Shown: positions 1 to 8,467, numbered from the stretch's first letter. The stretch is DNA of 31,238 nt from a virus (IMGVR_UViG_3300037286_000248:1-31238); one strand, 5' to 3'. The notes: generated from the sequence alone by a model not told the origin. Numbers and translations: made by a program.

Positions 1-429
1 GCCAAGAACACCTTCACGATGGGCCGCGCCGATTACCAGCGGCAGTATGAGCCGATGCTCTACGGCTGGCGGGAGGGCTCGGATCACTACTGGTGCGGGG
101 CCCGCGATCAGGGCGATGTTTGGTTTGTGAAGAAGCCCGTGGTCAATGATCTCCATCCGACGATGAAGCCCGTGGAACTGGTGGAGCGTGCTATCCGCAA
201 CTCCAGCAAGAGCCGCGACACGGTGCTCGATCCGTTCGGGGGATCCGGCACGACGCTAATTGCATGTGAGCGCACGGGCCGCCAGGCTCGGCTGATCGAA
301 CTCGAGCCCAAATACTGCGATGTCATCGTCCAGCGATACCAGAACCACTGCGGAAAGTCCGCAGTGCTCGAAGACGACGGCCGGAGTTTCGACGAGATCA
401 CCGCTGAGCGAAAGCCAGTGGCGGCGTGA
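1..429 (+). CDS. Phage DNA methyltransferase (N6A/N4C, beta-class order), 5'-truncated by the window edge
   Basis: Frame open from base 1; HPTMKP motif, SAM-binding VLDPFGGSGTT motif and IELEPKYCDVIV C-terminal signature. Confidence 0.92.
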   Translation, partial: AKNTFTMGRADYQRQYEPMLYGWREGSDHYWCGARDQGDVWFVKKPVVNDLHPTMKPVELVERAIRNSSKSRDTVLDPFGGSGTTLIACERTGRQARLIELEPKYCDVIVQRYQNHCGKSAVLEDDGRSFDEITAERKPVAA

Positions 430-568
430 AGTCGAGCGGTGCCGGAGAGAAATCGCCTCCATCGAACAACATCTTCGCGATGGCCATCCGGATGTCGAAG
501 GACTCGTGCTGGCGTTGGCCGACTGGTCCCAGGAACTGCGCATCCTCCTCCGGGAGCGCGACCGATGA
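320..568 (+). CDS. Small hypothetical phage protein; true start probably near 400-420
   Basis: Protein-like helical C-terminal part (WRREVERCRREIASIEQHLRDGHPDVEGLVLALADWSQELRIL); its stop overlaps the next ATG (ATGA 565-568). Confidence 0.5.
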   Translation: MSSSSDTRTTAESPQCSKTTAGVSTRSPLSESQWRREVERCRREIASIEQHLRDGHPDVEGLVLALADWSQELRILLRERDR

Positions 569-825
569 ATGAAACTCTGCTGAAGATAATCGTTCCAGCC
601 ATCGGGCTGTTGTCCGGCTTGGTGGCCACCTACGTGAGCCTTCAGAACAGGGCGCTGCTGGCCGACGTGCGCAGGGAGATTGCGGAGATGGAGCACCGCC
701 TATTTTTGAGGGTCAACGGTACGTACATCAGGCAGGGCGAGTGCCAGCTCCGCAGAGAGTTGCTCCTGCAGAGGCTCGCCGTTTTGGAAGAAGACGCCAA
801 GAACAACAACACCGCCGGAGACTGA
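565..825 (+). CDS. Small single-pass membrane protein with coiled-coil tail (holin-like candidate)
   Basis: ATGA-coupled start; hydrophobic segment IIVPAIGLLSGLVATYVSL followed by a charged helical region. Confidence 0.65.
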   Translation: MNETLLKIIVPAIGLLSGLVATYVSLQNRALLADVRREIAEMEHRLFLRVNGTYIRQGECQLRRELLLQRLAVLEEDAKNNNTAGD

Positions 826-834
826 GTCCGGCGG
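800..834 (-). terminator. GC hairpin with U-rich tail on the minus strand (possibly bidirectional terminator)
   Basis: CCGCCGGA (812-819) / TCCGGCGG (827-834) with 7-nt loop; minus-strand tail TGTTGTTGTTCTT. Confidence 0.45.
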
Positions 835-837
835 CGG

Positions 838-860
838 CATCTTGCGGATTCCGCAAGATG
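838..860. promoter_or_regulatory. 23-bp palindrome, operator-like
   Basis: CATCTTGCGGA-T-TCCGCAAGATG: perfect 11-bp arms around a 1-nt centre. Confidence 0.45.
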
Positions 861-959
861 GGTCCATGGCCGTCCATGTGGTCAGCGCGGGCGTTTTTAA
901 GTGTTTTGAGGGATCCGGAACGCAGATCCGGTACAGTTGCTTGCTCGTATCGATGTGGG

Positions 960-992
960 AAGAGAAAAGCCGCCGGCGGTTGAGGCCGGCGG
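960..992 (-). terminator. Rho-independent terminator of the reverse-strand cassette
   Basis: CCGCCGGC (970-977) / GCCGGCGG (985-992) stem, then TTTTCTCTT on the minus strand, 18 nt past the stop at 1011. Confidence 0.7.
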
Positions 993-1010
993 AAATTCAG
1001 CGCGCAGAGT

Positions 1011-1325
1011 CTATTCGCAGCCGTGCTGAGGCTGGCCATCCGGGATCCAGCCGTACTGCAACCAGCCCGACTCATCGGGGCCGATGAAGCCAAAGTAGAA
1101 GCCAGGGTAGGCGTCCGAGAGCCACAAGTATGCCGAATCGATGGCCTCATCTTCGAGCTGTCGGCGGCGCAGTTCTTGGAGGATGTCGGACTTGGTCCGG
1201 ATGACTTTGTTGACCACGGTGCCAAGAGCACCGGGGAAACGGTCCGTCCGAGAGGGATGGATGCGAAATGCGATTCCAGGTTGAGTGTAGGCGTAATTCT
1301 TGGCGTGTCTGACGGGTCGTACCAT
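1011..1325 (-). CDS. Hypothetical protein, 104 aa (MVRPVRHAKNYAY...YFGFIGPDESGWLQYGWIP)
   Basis: AGGAG RBS 7 nt upstream of the ATG at 1325, immediately after the DUF3489 stop; followed by a terminator. Confidence 0.65.
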   Translation of the reverse strand: MVRPVRHAKNYAYTQPGIAFRIHPSRTDRFPGALGTVVNKVIRTKSDILQELRRRQLEDEAIDSAYLWLSDAYPGFYFGFIGPDESGWLQYGWIPDGQPQHGCE

Positions 1326-1335
1326 GCCAAGTCTC

Positions 1336-1899
1336 CTAACTGATGCGATATGCGCGATTGCCGTCGGCGCGTTTGGCGCTGTCGACTGTGAGGCCCATCT
1401 TCTTGCCGAGCGCACCGGAGAGGAATCCGCGGACGCTATGGGCCTGCCACGCAGTAGCGGACTGGATCTCGGCCAGCGTGGCGCCTTCCGGGCGGCGGAG
1501 CAGTCCGAGGACGATGGCTTTCTTGCTGCCTTCGCGCGCCGTGGGCGTCGCGTCCTTCGCGGTGGTCTCCTTGGTCGCCTTGGCCGTCTTCGGCGCGACG
1601 GGGGCCGCGTGTTGCGCGGGGGCGGGCGTCAGTGCCTGGATCGCCTTCCAGATCCGACCAACCGCGGTCTTGCGGTCGGTGAACTTCTTGACCGGCTTCA
1701 GGTCGTCGAATGGCACCACGCCGGCGAACTCGTTCCAGACGTCGGCGAAGCGCGACATCGGCCAGTCGGCGGAGAGTTTGGCGAGTTCTCGCTCGCTGGT
1801 GAAGGCCGCGTCGGTCGCACCGATGCGGTGGTTGAGAGCATCTTCGTATTCGGCAAACGCCGTGATGGCGTTGTCGTTGTCGAGAGTGAACGTAGTCAT
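1336..1899 (-). CDS. DUF3489 domain protein (winged-helix-like C-terminus)
   Basis: C-terminal signature REGSKKAIVLGLLRRPEGATLAEIQSATAWQAHSVRGFLSGALGKKMGL; AAAGGA RBS upstream of the ATG at 1899. Confidence 0.85.
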   Translation of the reverse strand: MTTFTLDNDNAITAFAEYEDALNHRIGATDAAFTSERELAKLSADWPMSRFADVWNEFAGVVPFDDLKPVKKFTDRKTAVGRIWKAIQALTPAPAQHAAPVAPKTAKATKETTAKDATPTAREGSKKAIVLGLLRRPEGATLAEIQSATAWQAHSVRGFLSGALGKKMGLTVDSAKRADGNRAYRIS

Positions 1900-1913
1900 T
1901 GGGATCGTCCTTT

Positions 1914-2141
1914 CTATCGGTTCATGCCGGCGAGTTTCCCGTCGGCGGTGATGTGCAAGTCCTTGTAGTAGCCGCTGTGCAGCCTCACCCATCCGAAAGG
2001 TGTGGCCTGTTCGTAACGCGCGGCGATGCGGCTCAGCTTCAGGCGGAGAGTGCCGTTGTCGAACTCCTTCTGGAGATGACCCCAGCGGTCGAGCTTCCAG
2101 CCGTTGCGCGTGGCCCAGGTGATGAGTTCTTCGCGCGTCAT
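1914..2141 (-). CDS. Hypothetical protein, 75 aa (MTREELITWATRNGWKLDRWGH...)
   Basis: ATG 2 nt after the upstream stop; fills the operon without overlap; globular composition. Confidence 0.7.
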   Translation of the reverse strand: MTREELITWATRNGWKLDRWGHLQKEFDNGTLRLKLSRIAARYEQATPFGWVRLHSGYYKDLHITADGKLAGMNR

Positions 2142-2143
2142 GG

Positions 2144-2383
2144 TTAGTAATCCAGCCCTTTCGCGTCGACGGCGCTGCGGTCGCCCAGTGCGGCGAGCAC
2201 GTAGGCGAGTTCCTGGCTGACGTGGCCGAGGTCGCCAGCGTATCCCCAGTTGGCTGGCTCGGCAGCCTGGTGGTTCTGGTGTTCTTCGAGCTGCTTGCCG
2301 ATGCGCTTCAGCAGGTCCGCGCATTCGGCTTGGCGTTCTGCGTAGCAGGCTGCGGCGGTTTGTTTGGCTTTGGTGTTCCTCAT
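2144..2383 (-). CDS. Hypothetical helical protein (alternative start at 2398)
   Basis: First gene of the divergent cassette; NWGYAGDLGHV motif between two predicted helices. Confidence 0.7.
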   Translation of the reverse strand: MRNTKAKQTAAACYAERQAECADLLKRIGKQLEEHQNHQAAEPANWGYAGDLGHVSQELAYVLAALGDRSAVDAKGLDY

Positions 2384-2392
2384 CGTGAACAC

Positions 2393-2422
2393 ATTCATCA
2401 CTTCGGTTCCGATTAGAAGCAA
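2393..2422 (-). promoter_or_regulatory. Candidate promoter of the reverse cassette
   Basis: Minus strand TTGCTT-17 nt-GATGAAT in the short, AT-richer gap diverging from the small terminase gene; weak -10 match. Confidence 0.3.
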
Positions 2423-2455
2423 GAGAAATGATCGAGTCCGTAGCAAGAATCTTCA

Positions 2456-2980
2456 ATGGCGCTGCTGAGTCTCCGCGGGTACGCCAAACACCGTGGCGTG
2501 AGCCTCGCCGCAGTGCAGAAAGCGATCCGTTCCAGGCGCATCGGGACGACTGAAGACGGCTCGATTGATTCCGATCGCGCGGACGCGGATTGGAGTGCCA
2601 AGACGCGGCCAGGTCAGAAACGGCGTTCGCCGGCTCCGACGCTTGTTGCGCCGGTGGTTCCGTTTGTAGAGCCGCCACGAAGTGATCCGGTTGGTGCCGG
2701 GGGCCTAGACTACTTCCGCGCCCGTGCCATCCGCGAGAGCTACCTGGCGCGGCTCGCGAAGATCGAGTTCGAAGAGAAAACGGCGAAGCTGATCAGCCGC
2801 GACGAAGTACAGGTCGCAGCGTTCACGAAAGCTCGCACGGTGCGTGACAGCCTGCTCAACATTCCGGACCGGCTGGCAGCAATGCTCGCCGCCGAGTCCG
2901 ATGCGGACAAAGTCCACGAGACGCTAACTGATGAGATTCGAAAGGCCCTTGATGAGCTTGCTGGCGCAAACGGCGACTGA
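2456..2980 (+). CDS. Terminase small subunit (Nu1-like)
   Basis: N-terminal HTH (YAKHRGVSLAAVQKAI), coiled coil, RDSLLNIPDRLA motif; overlaps the large terminase gene. Confidence 0.85.
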   Translation: MALLSLRGYAKHRGVSLAAVQKAIRSRRIGTTEDGSIDSDRADADWSAKTRPGQKRRSPAPTLVAPVVPFVEPPRSDPVGAGGLDYFRARAIRESYLARLAKIEFEEKTAKLISRDEVQVAAFTKARTVRDSLLNIPDRLAAMLAAESDADKVHETLTDEIRKALDELAGANGD

Positions 2981-4868
2981 GGTTTACGACGAGTCCTTCC
3001 GGGCGGGGCTTCGGCCGGACCCGCTGATGACGGTCTCGGAGTGGGCTGACCAGCACCGCCGACTTTCCGGGAAGGCCGCCAGTGAACCGGGTCCATACCG
3101 CACGGAACGCACGCCCTACATGCGGGAGATCATGGATTCACTCTCCCCGTACTGCCCCGTTGAGCGCGTCGTGTTCGCCAAAGGGGCTCAGGTGGGTGCG
3201 ACCGAGGCAGCAAATAACTGGGTCGGCTATGTGATCCACAAGTCGCCCGGGCCCATGATGCTGGTCCAACCGACGGTCGAGATGGCCAAGCGCAATTCGA
3301 AGCAGCGCATCGACCCACTGATTGAGGAAAGCAGCGTGCTGCGCGAGTTCGTGAAGAGCCCGCGATCGCGCGACTCCGGCAACACGGTGCTGTCGAAGGA
3401 GTTTCCTGGCGGCGTGCTGGTGATGACCGGCGCCAACTCCGCGGTGGGACTGCGGTCGATGGCGGTGCGGTATCTGTTCCTGGATGAGATCGACGCTTAT
3501 CCGGGCGATGTCGACGGCGAAGGCGATCCCATCAATCTGGCCTTCGCGCGCACGAGGACTTTCGCGCGGCGCAAGGTCTTCATGGTTTCAACCCCGCTGA
3601 TCACGGGGTTGAGCCGGATCGAGGCGGCGTTCGCCGAAAGCGACCAGCGGCGCTACTGGGTGCCGTGCCCGCACTGCGGAGAGTTCCAGGTGTTGAAGTT
3701 TGAGCGGCTGCGCTGGCCCAAAGGCGAGCCGCAGAAGGTGGCCTACATCTGCATCGCCTGTGAGCGGCAGATCTTCAACCACCACAAAGCCGGGATGCTT
3801 GCGGCTGGCGCGTGGCGGCCGGAGGCCCCGGGCGACGGGCGCACGCGCGGCTACCACCTGTCGAGCCTGTATAGCCCAGTCGGCTGGTACGGGTGGGACC
3901 GTGCGGCGGATGACTGGGAGAAAGCGCAGAAAGACGTCGAGCGGCTGAAGTCATTCGTGAACCTGGTCCTCGGGGAATCGTGGCAGGAGCGCGGTGAGGC
4001 GCCAGATTGGCAACCACTCTATGACCGCCGGGAGGATTATCCGATCGGGACGGTCCCCAAGGGCGGATTGTTCCTCACCGCTGGCGCCGATGTCCATCCG
4101 AATCGCATCGAAGTGGAGGTGATCGCCTGGGGGCGCGCAAAGCAGTCCTGGTCGGTCGATTACCGTGTGCTGATGGGCGACACCGCCCGGCCTGAAGTGT
4201 GGCGGCAGCTTGACGCCGTGCTGGACGAGGAGTTCCCGCATGCGAGCGGCCTGCGGCTGCCGATCCGGGTGCTCTGCATCGACTCCGGCTACAACCCGCG
4301 CATCACGTATGACTGGGTGCGCGGCCATCCGCAGGCATCTTGGGGTCCAGCGGGAGCGCGGGCAGCACATCCGAAGACCGCTGTTGCAGTGAAGGGCACG
4401 GCCCGAACGGACAGATTGATCCTGGGCGCATCACCGGTCGATGCCAGTAAGCGGCGCGGGACGCGGCTGTGGACACTGGGTACGCCGGTGGCGAAATCGG
4501 AGTTGTACAGCCGGTTGCGATTGGTCCCACCGACGGAAGAAAGCGGCGAGCCATTCCCGGCAGGGTTTTGTCACTTCCCCCGCTACGAGGAAGAGTACTT
4601 CCGGCAGCTGACGTCCGAGAGCTTCATCAAAGGCCACTGGGTGCTGGGCGCCAACACGCGGAATGAGGCTCTTGACGCCAGGGTATATGCGCGCGCGGCC
4701 GCATCGATCTACGGGATCGACCGCTTTGCGGAACGGCACTGGCGGGAACTCGAGGCCGCCGTGGCAAGACCGGAAGACACATCAGAGGTGACCGCTGACA
4801 CGCCTTCGCCGACTGAAGCACCACCAATCCGCCGTGTCGTAGTCCGCTCGAACTGGATTCGACGATAA
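2931..4868 (+). CDS. Terminase large subunit, lambda gpA family (start may be 2952)
   Basis: TPYMREIMD, KGAQVGATE Walker A-like, YLFLDEID Walker B, STP motif, CPHC...CIAC zinc finger, LTAGADV nuclease motif, RNEALDARVYA. Confidence 0.97.
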   Translation: MRFERPLMSLLAQTATEVYDESFRAGLRPDPLMTVSEWADQHRRLSGKAASEPGPYRTERTPYMREIMDSLSPYCPVERVVFAKGAQVGATEAANNWVGYVIHKSPGPMMLVQPTVEMAKRNSKQRIDPLIEESSVLREFVKSPRSRDSGNTVLSKEFPGGVLVMTGANSAVGLRSMAVRYLFLDEIDAYPGDVDGEGDPINLAFARTRTFARRKVFMVSTPLITGLSRIEAAFAESDQRRYWVPCPHCGEFQVLKFERLRWPKGEPQKVAYICIACERQIFNHHKAGMLAAGAWRPEAPGDGRTRGYHLSSLYSPVGWYGWDRAADDWEKAQKDVERLKSFVNLVLGESWQERGEAPDWQPLYDRREDYPIGTVPKGGLFLTAGADVHPNRIEVEVIAWGRAKQSWSVDYRVLMGDTARPEVWRQLDAVLDEEFPHASGLRLPIRVLCIDSGYNPRITYDWVRGHPQASWGPAGARAAHPKTAVAVKGTARTDRLILGASPVDASKRRGTRLWTLGTPVAKSELYSRLRLVPPTEESGEPFPAGFCHFPRYEEEYFRQLTSESFIKGHWVLGANTRNEALDARVYARAAASIYGIDRFAERHWRELEAAVARPEDTSEVTADTPSPTEAPPIRRVVVRSNWIRR

Positions 4869-5078
4869 ATGGCTTACACACAATCCCAACTCGAAGCGCT
4901 CGAGTCGGCGATCGCCAGCGGCACGCTCCGTGTCTCGTTTGAAGGCCGCAGTGTCGAGTACCGCAGCGTGGATGAGATCAAGAAGGCGATCGCAGAGGTG
5001 AAGGCGGCACTGGCAGCCGCGGATCCCGCGACGCCGCGCTCGCGCATGATCCGGGTCTACACGGAGAAGGGTTTCTAA
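4869..5078 (+). CDS. gpW-like head-to-tail joining protein
   Basis: 69 aa between terminase and portal; ALESAIASGTLRVSFEGRSVEYRS signature. Confidence 0.9.
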   Translation: MAYTQSQLEALESAIASGTLRVSFEGRSVEYRSVDEIKKAIAEVKAALAAADPATPRSRMIRVYTEKGF

Positions 5079-5081
5079 GCG

Positions 5082-6602
5082 ATGGGCTACTGGCGCAACC
5101 TCATCCAGGCGGCGGTTCCAGCGTTGCGGGCCTCGGCTGGATTTGAAGCCGCGGCAAAGACGCGCCGGACCGAGGGTTGGAACCCATCGACGGATGGGAT
5201 CAACGCACTGGTCAGCGGCGGTGGTGACGCGCTGCGGTCGCGCTCCCGCGACATGGTTCGCCGCAACGCCTGGGCCTCGAATGCAATCGACAGCTTCGTC
5301 GCCAACTCGGTCGGCACCGGGATCAAGCCTCAGTCGAAGCACCCCGATGCGGCGGTGAAACGGAAACTACAGCAGCTGTGGCTGCGCTGGACCGACGAAG
5401 CCGATGCATCGGGATTGACGGACTTCTATGGTTTGCAGGCTCTCGTGTGCCGGGCAACCGTCGAGGGCGGCGAGTGCATCGTCCGGCTGCGGCCGCGCCG
5501 CCCGGAAGACCGGCTGAGCGTGCCGTTGCAGCTGCAAATGATCGAGGCCGAGCATCTGCCGGCGTCGAGAAACGAGAACCTGCCGAACGGCAACGTCATC
5601 CGGGCCGGGATCGAGTTTGACAAGATCGGCCGCCGTGCAGCATATCACTTGTACCGCGAGCATCCCGGCGAGCAGCTCATGTTCGCCCGCGCGGGAGAGA
5701 CGGCGCGCGTGACCGCCGATGGCGTGCTCCATGTGTACAAGCCTCTGCGCCCGGGCCAGCACCGTGGGCAACCCTGGCTGACGCAGGTCCTGGTGAAGCT
5801 GCATGAACTGGACCAGTACGACGACGCCGAGCTGGTCCGCAAGAAGCTGGCGGCGATGTTTGCCGCGTTCATCATTGAAAACAACCCGGACGACCCGGTG
5901 ATCGGCTCAAAACCGGGCGAGGCGGCCAAGGATGCCAGCGGGGTGCCGCTGGCCGGCCTCGAGCCCGGCTCGATGGTGAAGCTGCTGCCGGGCGAGGATG
6001 TGAAGTTTACCGAACCGGGCGATGTGGGCGGGATGTACGCGGAGTTCATGAAGGTGCAGCTGCGGGCGATCGCGGCCGGACTTGGAATCACTTATGAGCA
6101 GCTGACCGGCGACCTTGAAAAGGTCAACTACTCGTCGATCCGCGCCGGGTTGCTCGAATTCCGCCGCCGCTGCGAGCAGTTCCAGCACCAGGTGATGGTC
6201 TTCCAGTTTTGCCGCCCGGTGTGGCGGGCATGGATTGAAGCCGCTGTCCTTGCCGGCGAGATCCCGGCACGCGACTACGCGCGCAACCGCCAGTTCTATC
6301 TGGATGTCGAGTGGCGCCCGCCGTCCTGGGACTGGGTTGATCCGCTCAAAGACATGAAGGCGGAAGCAACAGCGGTCCGCGCCGGTTTCAAGCCGCGCAG
6401 CGCCGTGATCAACGAGATGGGTTACGACGAGGAAGACGTCGACCGCCAGATCGCGGCCGACAACGCCCGCGCCGACGCGCTCGGCCTCACGTTCGATACC
6501 GATCCCAGGAAAACGACCGCGAACGGCCAGCAGTCGGTGCCCGGCGCGCAGTTGGTCCAGACATCCCAGCCGCCCACAGAGGAGACTTCACTGATCCAAT
6601 GA
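5082..6602 (+). CDS. Portal protein, lambda family
   Basis: LRSRSRDMVRRN, RPGQHRGQPW, GITYEQLTGDLEKVNYSSIRAGL and WVDPLKD motifs. Confidence 0.97.
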   Translation: MGYWRNLIQAAVPALRASAGFEAAAKTRRTEGWNPSTDGINALVSGGGDALRSRSRDMVRRNAWASNAIDSFVANSVGTGIKPQSKHPDAAVKRKLQQLWLRWTDEADASGLTDFYGLQALVCRATVEGGECIVRLRPRRPEDRLSVPLQLQMIEAEHLPASRNENLPNGNVIRAGIEFDKIGRRAAYHLYREHPGEQLMFARAGETARVTADGVLHVYKPLRPGQHRGQPWLTQVLVKLHELDQYDDAELVRKKLAAMFAAFIIENNPDDPVIGSKPGEAAKDASGVPLAGLEPGSMVKLLPGEDVKFTEPGDVGGMYAEFMKVQLRAIAAGLGITYEQLTGDLEKVNYSSIRAGLLEFRRRCEQFQHQVMVFQFCRPVWRAWIEAAVLAGEIPARDYARNRQFYLDVEWRPPSWDWVDPLKDMKAEATAVRAGFKPRSAVINEMGYDEEDVDRQIAADNARADALGLTFDTDPRKTTANGQQSVPGAQLVQTSQPPTEETSLIQ

Positions 6603-7795
6603 CGACACTGCCCCATCTCGCCGCGCGTGTTTTTGACACGCCGCTCATGATCGATACGAAGAAGCTCTCCGCCGTCCTGGCCGCGATTGCGCCACGTCTG
6701 GGCGTGGAGGCGCCTGTGGTCGACGCGGTCCTCATGGCCGAGCAGCGCAGCCGGAAGCCGTACGCTGTCACAGCTGCCGGGATCGCCGTGATCGAAGCCT
6801 CGGGCAGCCTGGTGAACCGCGCCTCGGGCATGGACGCGCAATCCGGCCTAACCTCCTATGAGCAGTTGGGCAACGAGGTACTGGACGCAGCCACTGATCC
6901 AAGCGTGAAAGGAATCCTGCTGCGCGTCGACAGCTTCGGCGGCGAGGCCAATGGGGCCTGGGACGCCGCCGACCTCATTGCACAGGCGGCCCGGCTGAAA
7001 CCTGTCTGGTCCGCTGTCGACGATTGGGCGCTGAGCGGCGGCTACCTGCTTGCCTCGGCCGCCGATCGTATCTGGGTCACGCGCACGGGCGGCGTCGGCT
7101 CGGTCGGCATCATCGCCATGCATCTGGACCAGAGCGGTTTCGATGCATCGCGCGGTTTGAAATACACCACCATCTTCGCTGGTGATCGCAAGAACGATCT
7201 CAACCCGCATGAGCCGCTGTCAGACGACGCCCAGGATGTGCTTTCCGGCGAGGTCCACCGTCTCTACGGCATGTTTGTCGGCGCGGTTGCCCAGCGGCGT
7301 GGGCTGAGCGCGCAGGCCGTACGCAACACCGAAGCGGGCATCTTCTATGGCGCCGATGCGGTCGCGCGCGGGCTCGCCGACCGCGTTGGCACCTTCCGCG
7401 AGGCACTGGCCGAGATGTCCGCACAACTTCAACCCACAACCGGAGGTATCCGAATGTCTGAGACCTTCCCGGCCGCCACCGCGCCGCCGGAACCTGCTCC
7501 CAACCTGGCCGCAATCGAAGCCGACGCCCGCGACAAGGGCTACGCCGAGGCGGCCGAAATCGTCGAACTTTGCGGTCTTGCGGGAAATCCCGCGCTGGCC
7601 AGCGAATTCATTGCCCGTCGAGCCAGTGCCGCGGATGCCCGAAAGGAGTTGCTGGCGCTGAGAGCCAGTGAGGACAGCCAGACCGAGATCTGCTCGCATG
7701 TGCTGCCTCACGCCTCCACCGGCGCTCCACAAAACCTCGACGAAAACCCAGTCGTCAAAGCCTGCGCCGCGTTCGGCGCGAAAGGAGATCGCTAA
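6599..7795 (+). CDS. S49 family head maturation protease (lambda gpC-like) with C-terminal scaffold region
   Basis: ILLRVDSFGGE, ALSGGYLLASAAD and GVGSVGII motifs; position between portal and decoration gene. Confidence 0.93.
   Translation: MTTLPHLAARVFDTPLMIDTKKLSAVLAAIAPRLGVEAPVVDAVLMAEQRSRKPYAVTAAGIAVIEASGSLVNRASGMDAQSGLTSYEQLGNEVLDAATDPSVKGILLRVDSFGGEANGAWDAADLIAQAARLKPVWSAVDDWALSGGYLLASAADRIWVTRTGGVGSVGIIAMHLDQSGFDASRGLKYTTIFAGDRKNDLNPHEPLSDDAQDVLSGEVHRLYGMFVGAVAQRRGLSAQAVRNTEAGIFYGADAVARGLADRVGTFREALAEMSAQLQPTTGGIRMSETFPAATAPPEPAPNLAAIEADARDKGYAEAAEIVELCGLAGNPALASEFIARRASAADARKELLALRASEDSQTEICSHVLPHASTGAPQNLDENPVVKACAAFGAKGDR
7454..7795 (+). CDS. Putative nested scaffolding protein (Nu3-like), in frame with the protease
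   Basis: GGAGG at 7442-7446, 7 nt before an in-frame ATG (7454) at the end of the protease domain. Confidence 0.55.
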   Translation: MSETFPAATAPPEPAPNLAAIEADARDKGYAEAAEIVELCGLAGNPALASEFIARRASAADARKELLALRASEDSQTEICSHVLPHASTGAPQNLDENPVVKACAAFGAKGDR

Positions 7796-7798
7796 CCG

Positions 7799-8467
7799 AT
7801 GAGTGTTCTGACTGAAGGCATGCGCTTGGGCGACTGGCTCAAGTGGGAAGTAGACAACCAGTACAGCCGGGATGTCGTGACGATCCTGGCTGGTAGCGGC
7901 TCGGACCGCGTGCTCACCACCGGCATGGTGCTGGGCCGTGTGACCAAGGGCTCGGCCGTTGGCGCCGCGGTGGCTGGCAATACCGGCAACGGCACCATCA
8001 CGGCCGCACCGGCGGTCGGCCAGGCGGCAAAGCCCGGCGTTTACCGTGTGGTCTGCATCGAGCCCGCCACCAACGGCGGCAAGTTCTCGGTTGAAGATCC
8101 GGACGGGATCCTACTGGGTGTGGCCACCGTGGGCACGGAGTTTGCCACGCACCTGACCTTCACCATCGCTGATGGTGCAGCCGACTTTGCCTCGGGCGAC
8201 GCGTTCACCATCACGGTCGCTACGGGCTCGGGCAAGGTCAAGCAGATCGACTTTTCGGCGACCGACGGCGCGAACATTGCCTGTGGTCTGTTGACCGAGG
8301 CCGCAACCGCGCCGGATGGCTCGGACCGCTCGGCTGTGGCCGTGGTCCGCAATGCCATCGTTTCGGCCAACGGGATCGTCTGGCCAGCCGGAGCCACCAC
8401 GGATCAGAAGAACGCCGCCATCGCGCAATTGAAAGTCCTGGGCATTCTCGTCCGGGAAGGAGCGTAA
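7799..8467 (+). CDS. Head decoration protein (gpD-like) with an internal beta-rich insertion
   Basis: YSRDVVTILAG...GMVLGRV N-terminus, AIAQLKVLGILVR C-terminus; directly upstream of the capsid gene. Confidence 0.85.
   Translation: MSVLTEGMRLGDWLKWEVDNQYSRDVVTILAGSGSDRVLTTGMVLGRVTKGSAVGAAVAGNTGNGTITAAPAVGQAAKPGVYRVVCIEPATNGGKFSVEDPDGILLGVATVGTEFATHLTFTIADGAADFASGDAFTITVATGSGKVKQIDFSATDGANIACGLLTEAATAPDGSDRSAVAVVRNAIVSANGIVWPAGATTDQKNAAIAQLKVLGILVREGA

Noticed and set aside
728-1330. 200-aa minus-strand ORF (MAWYDPSD...)
   Set aside because: TTG start abutting the RBS, runs through two terminator-like hairpins; the 1011..1325 frame has a properly spaced RBS and a more protein-like sequence
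2384-2455. cos/pac site upstream of the small terminase gene
   Set aside because: The gap is only about 70 nt with a short AGCAAGA direct repeat; no recognisable cosN symmetry or R-site array
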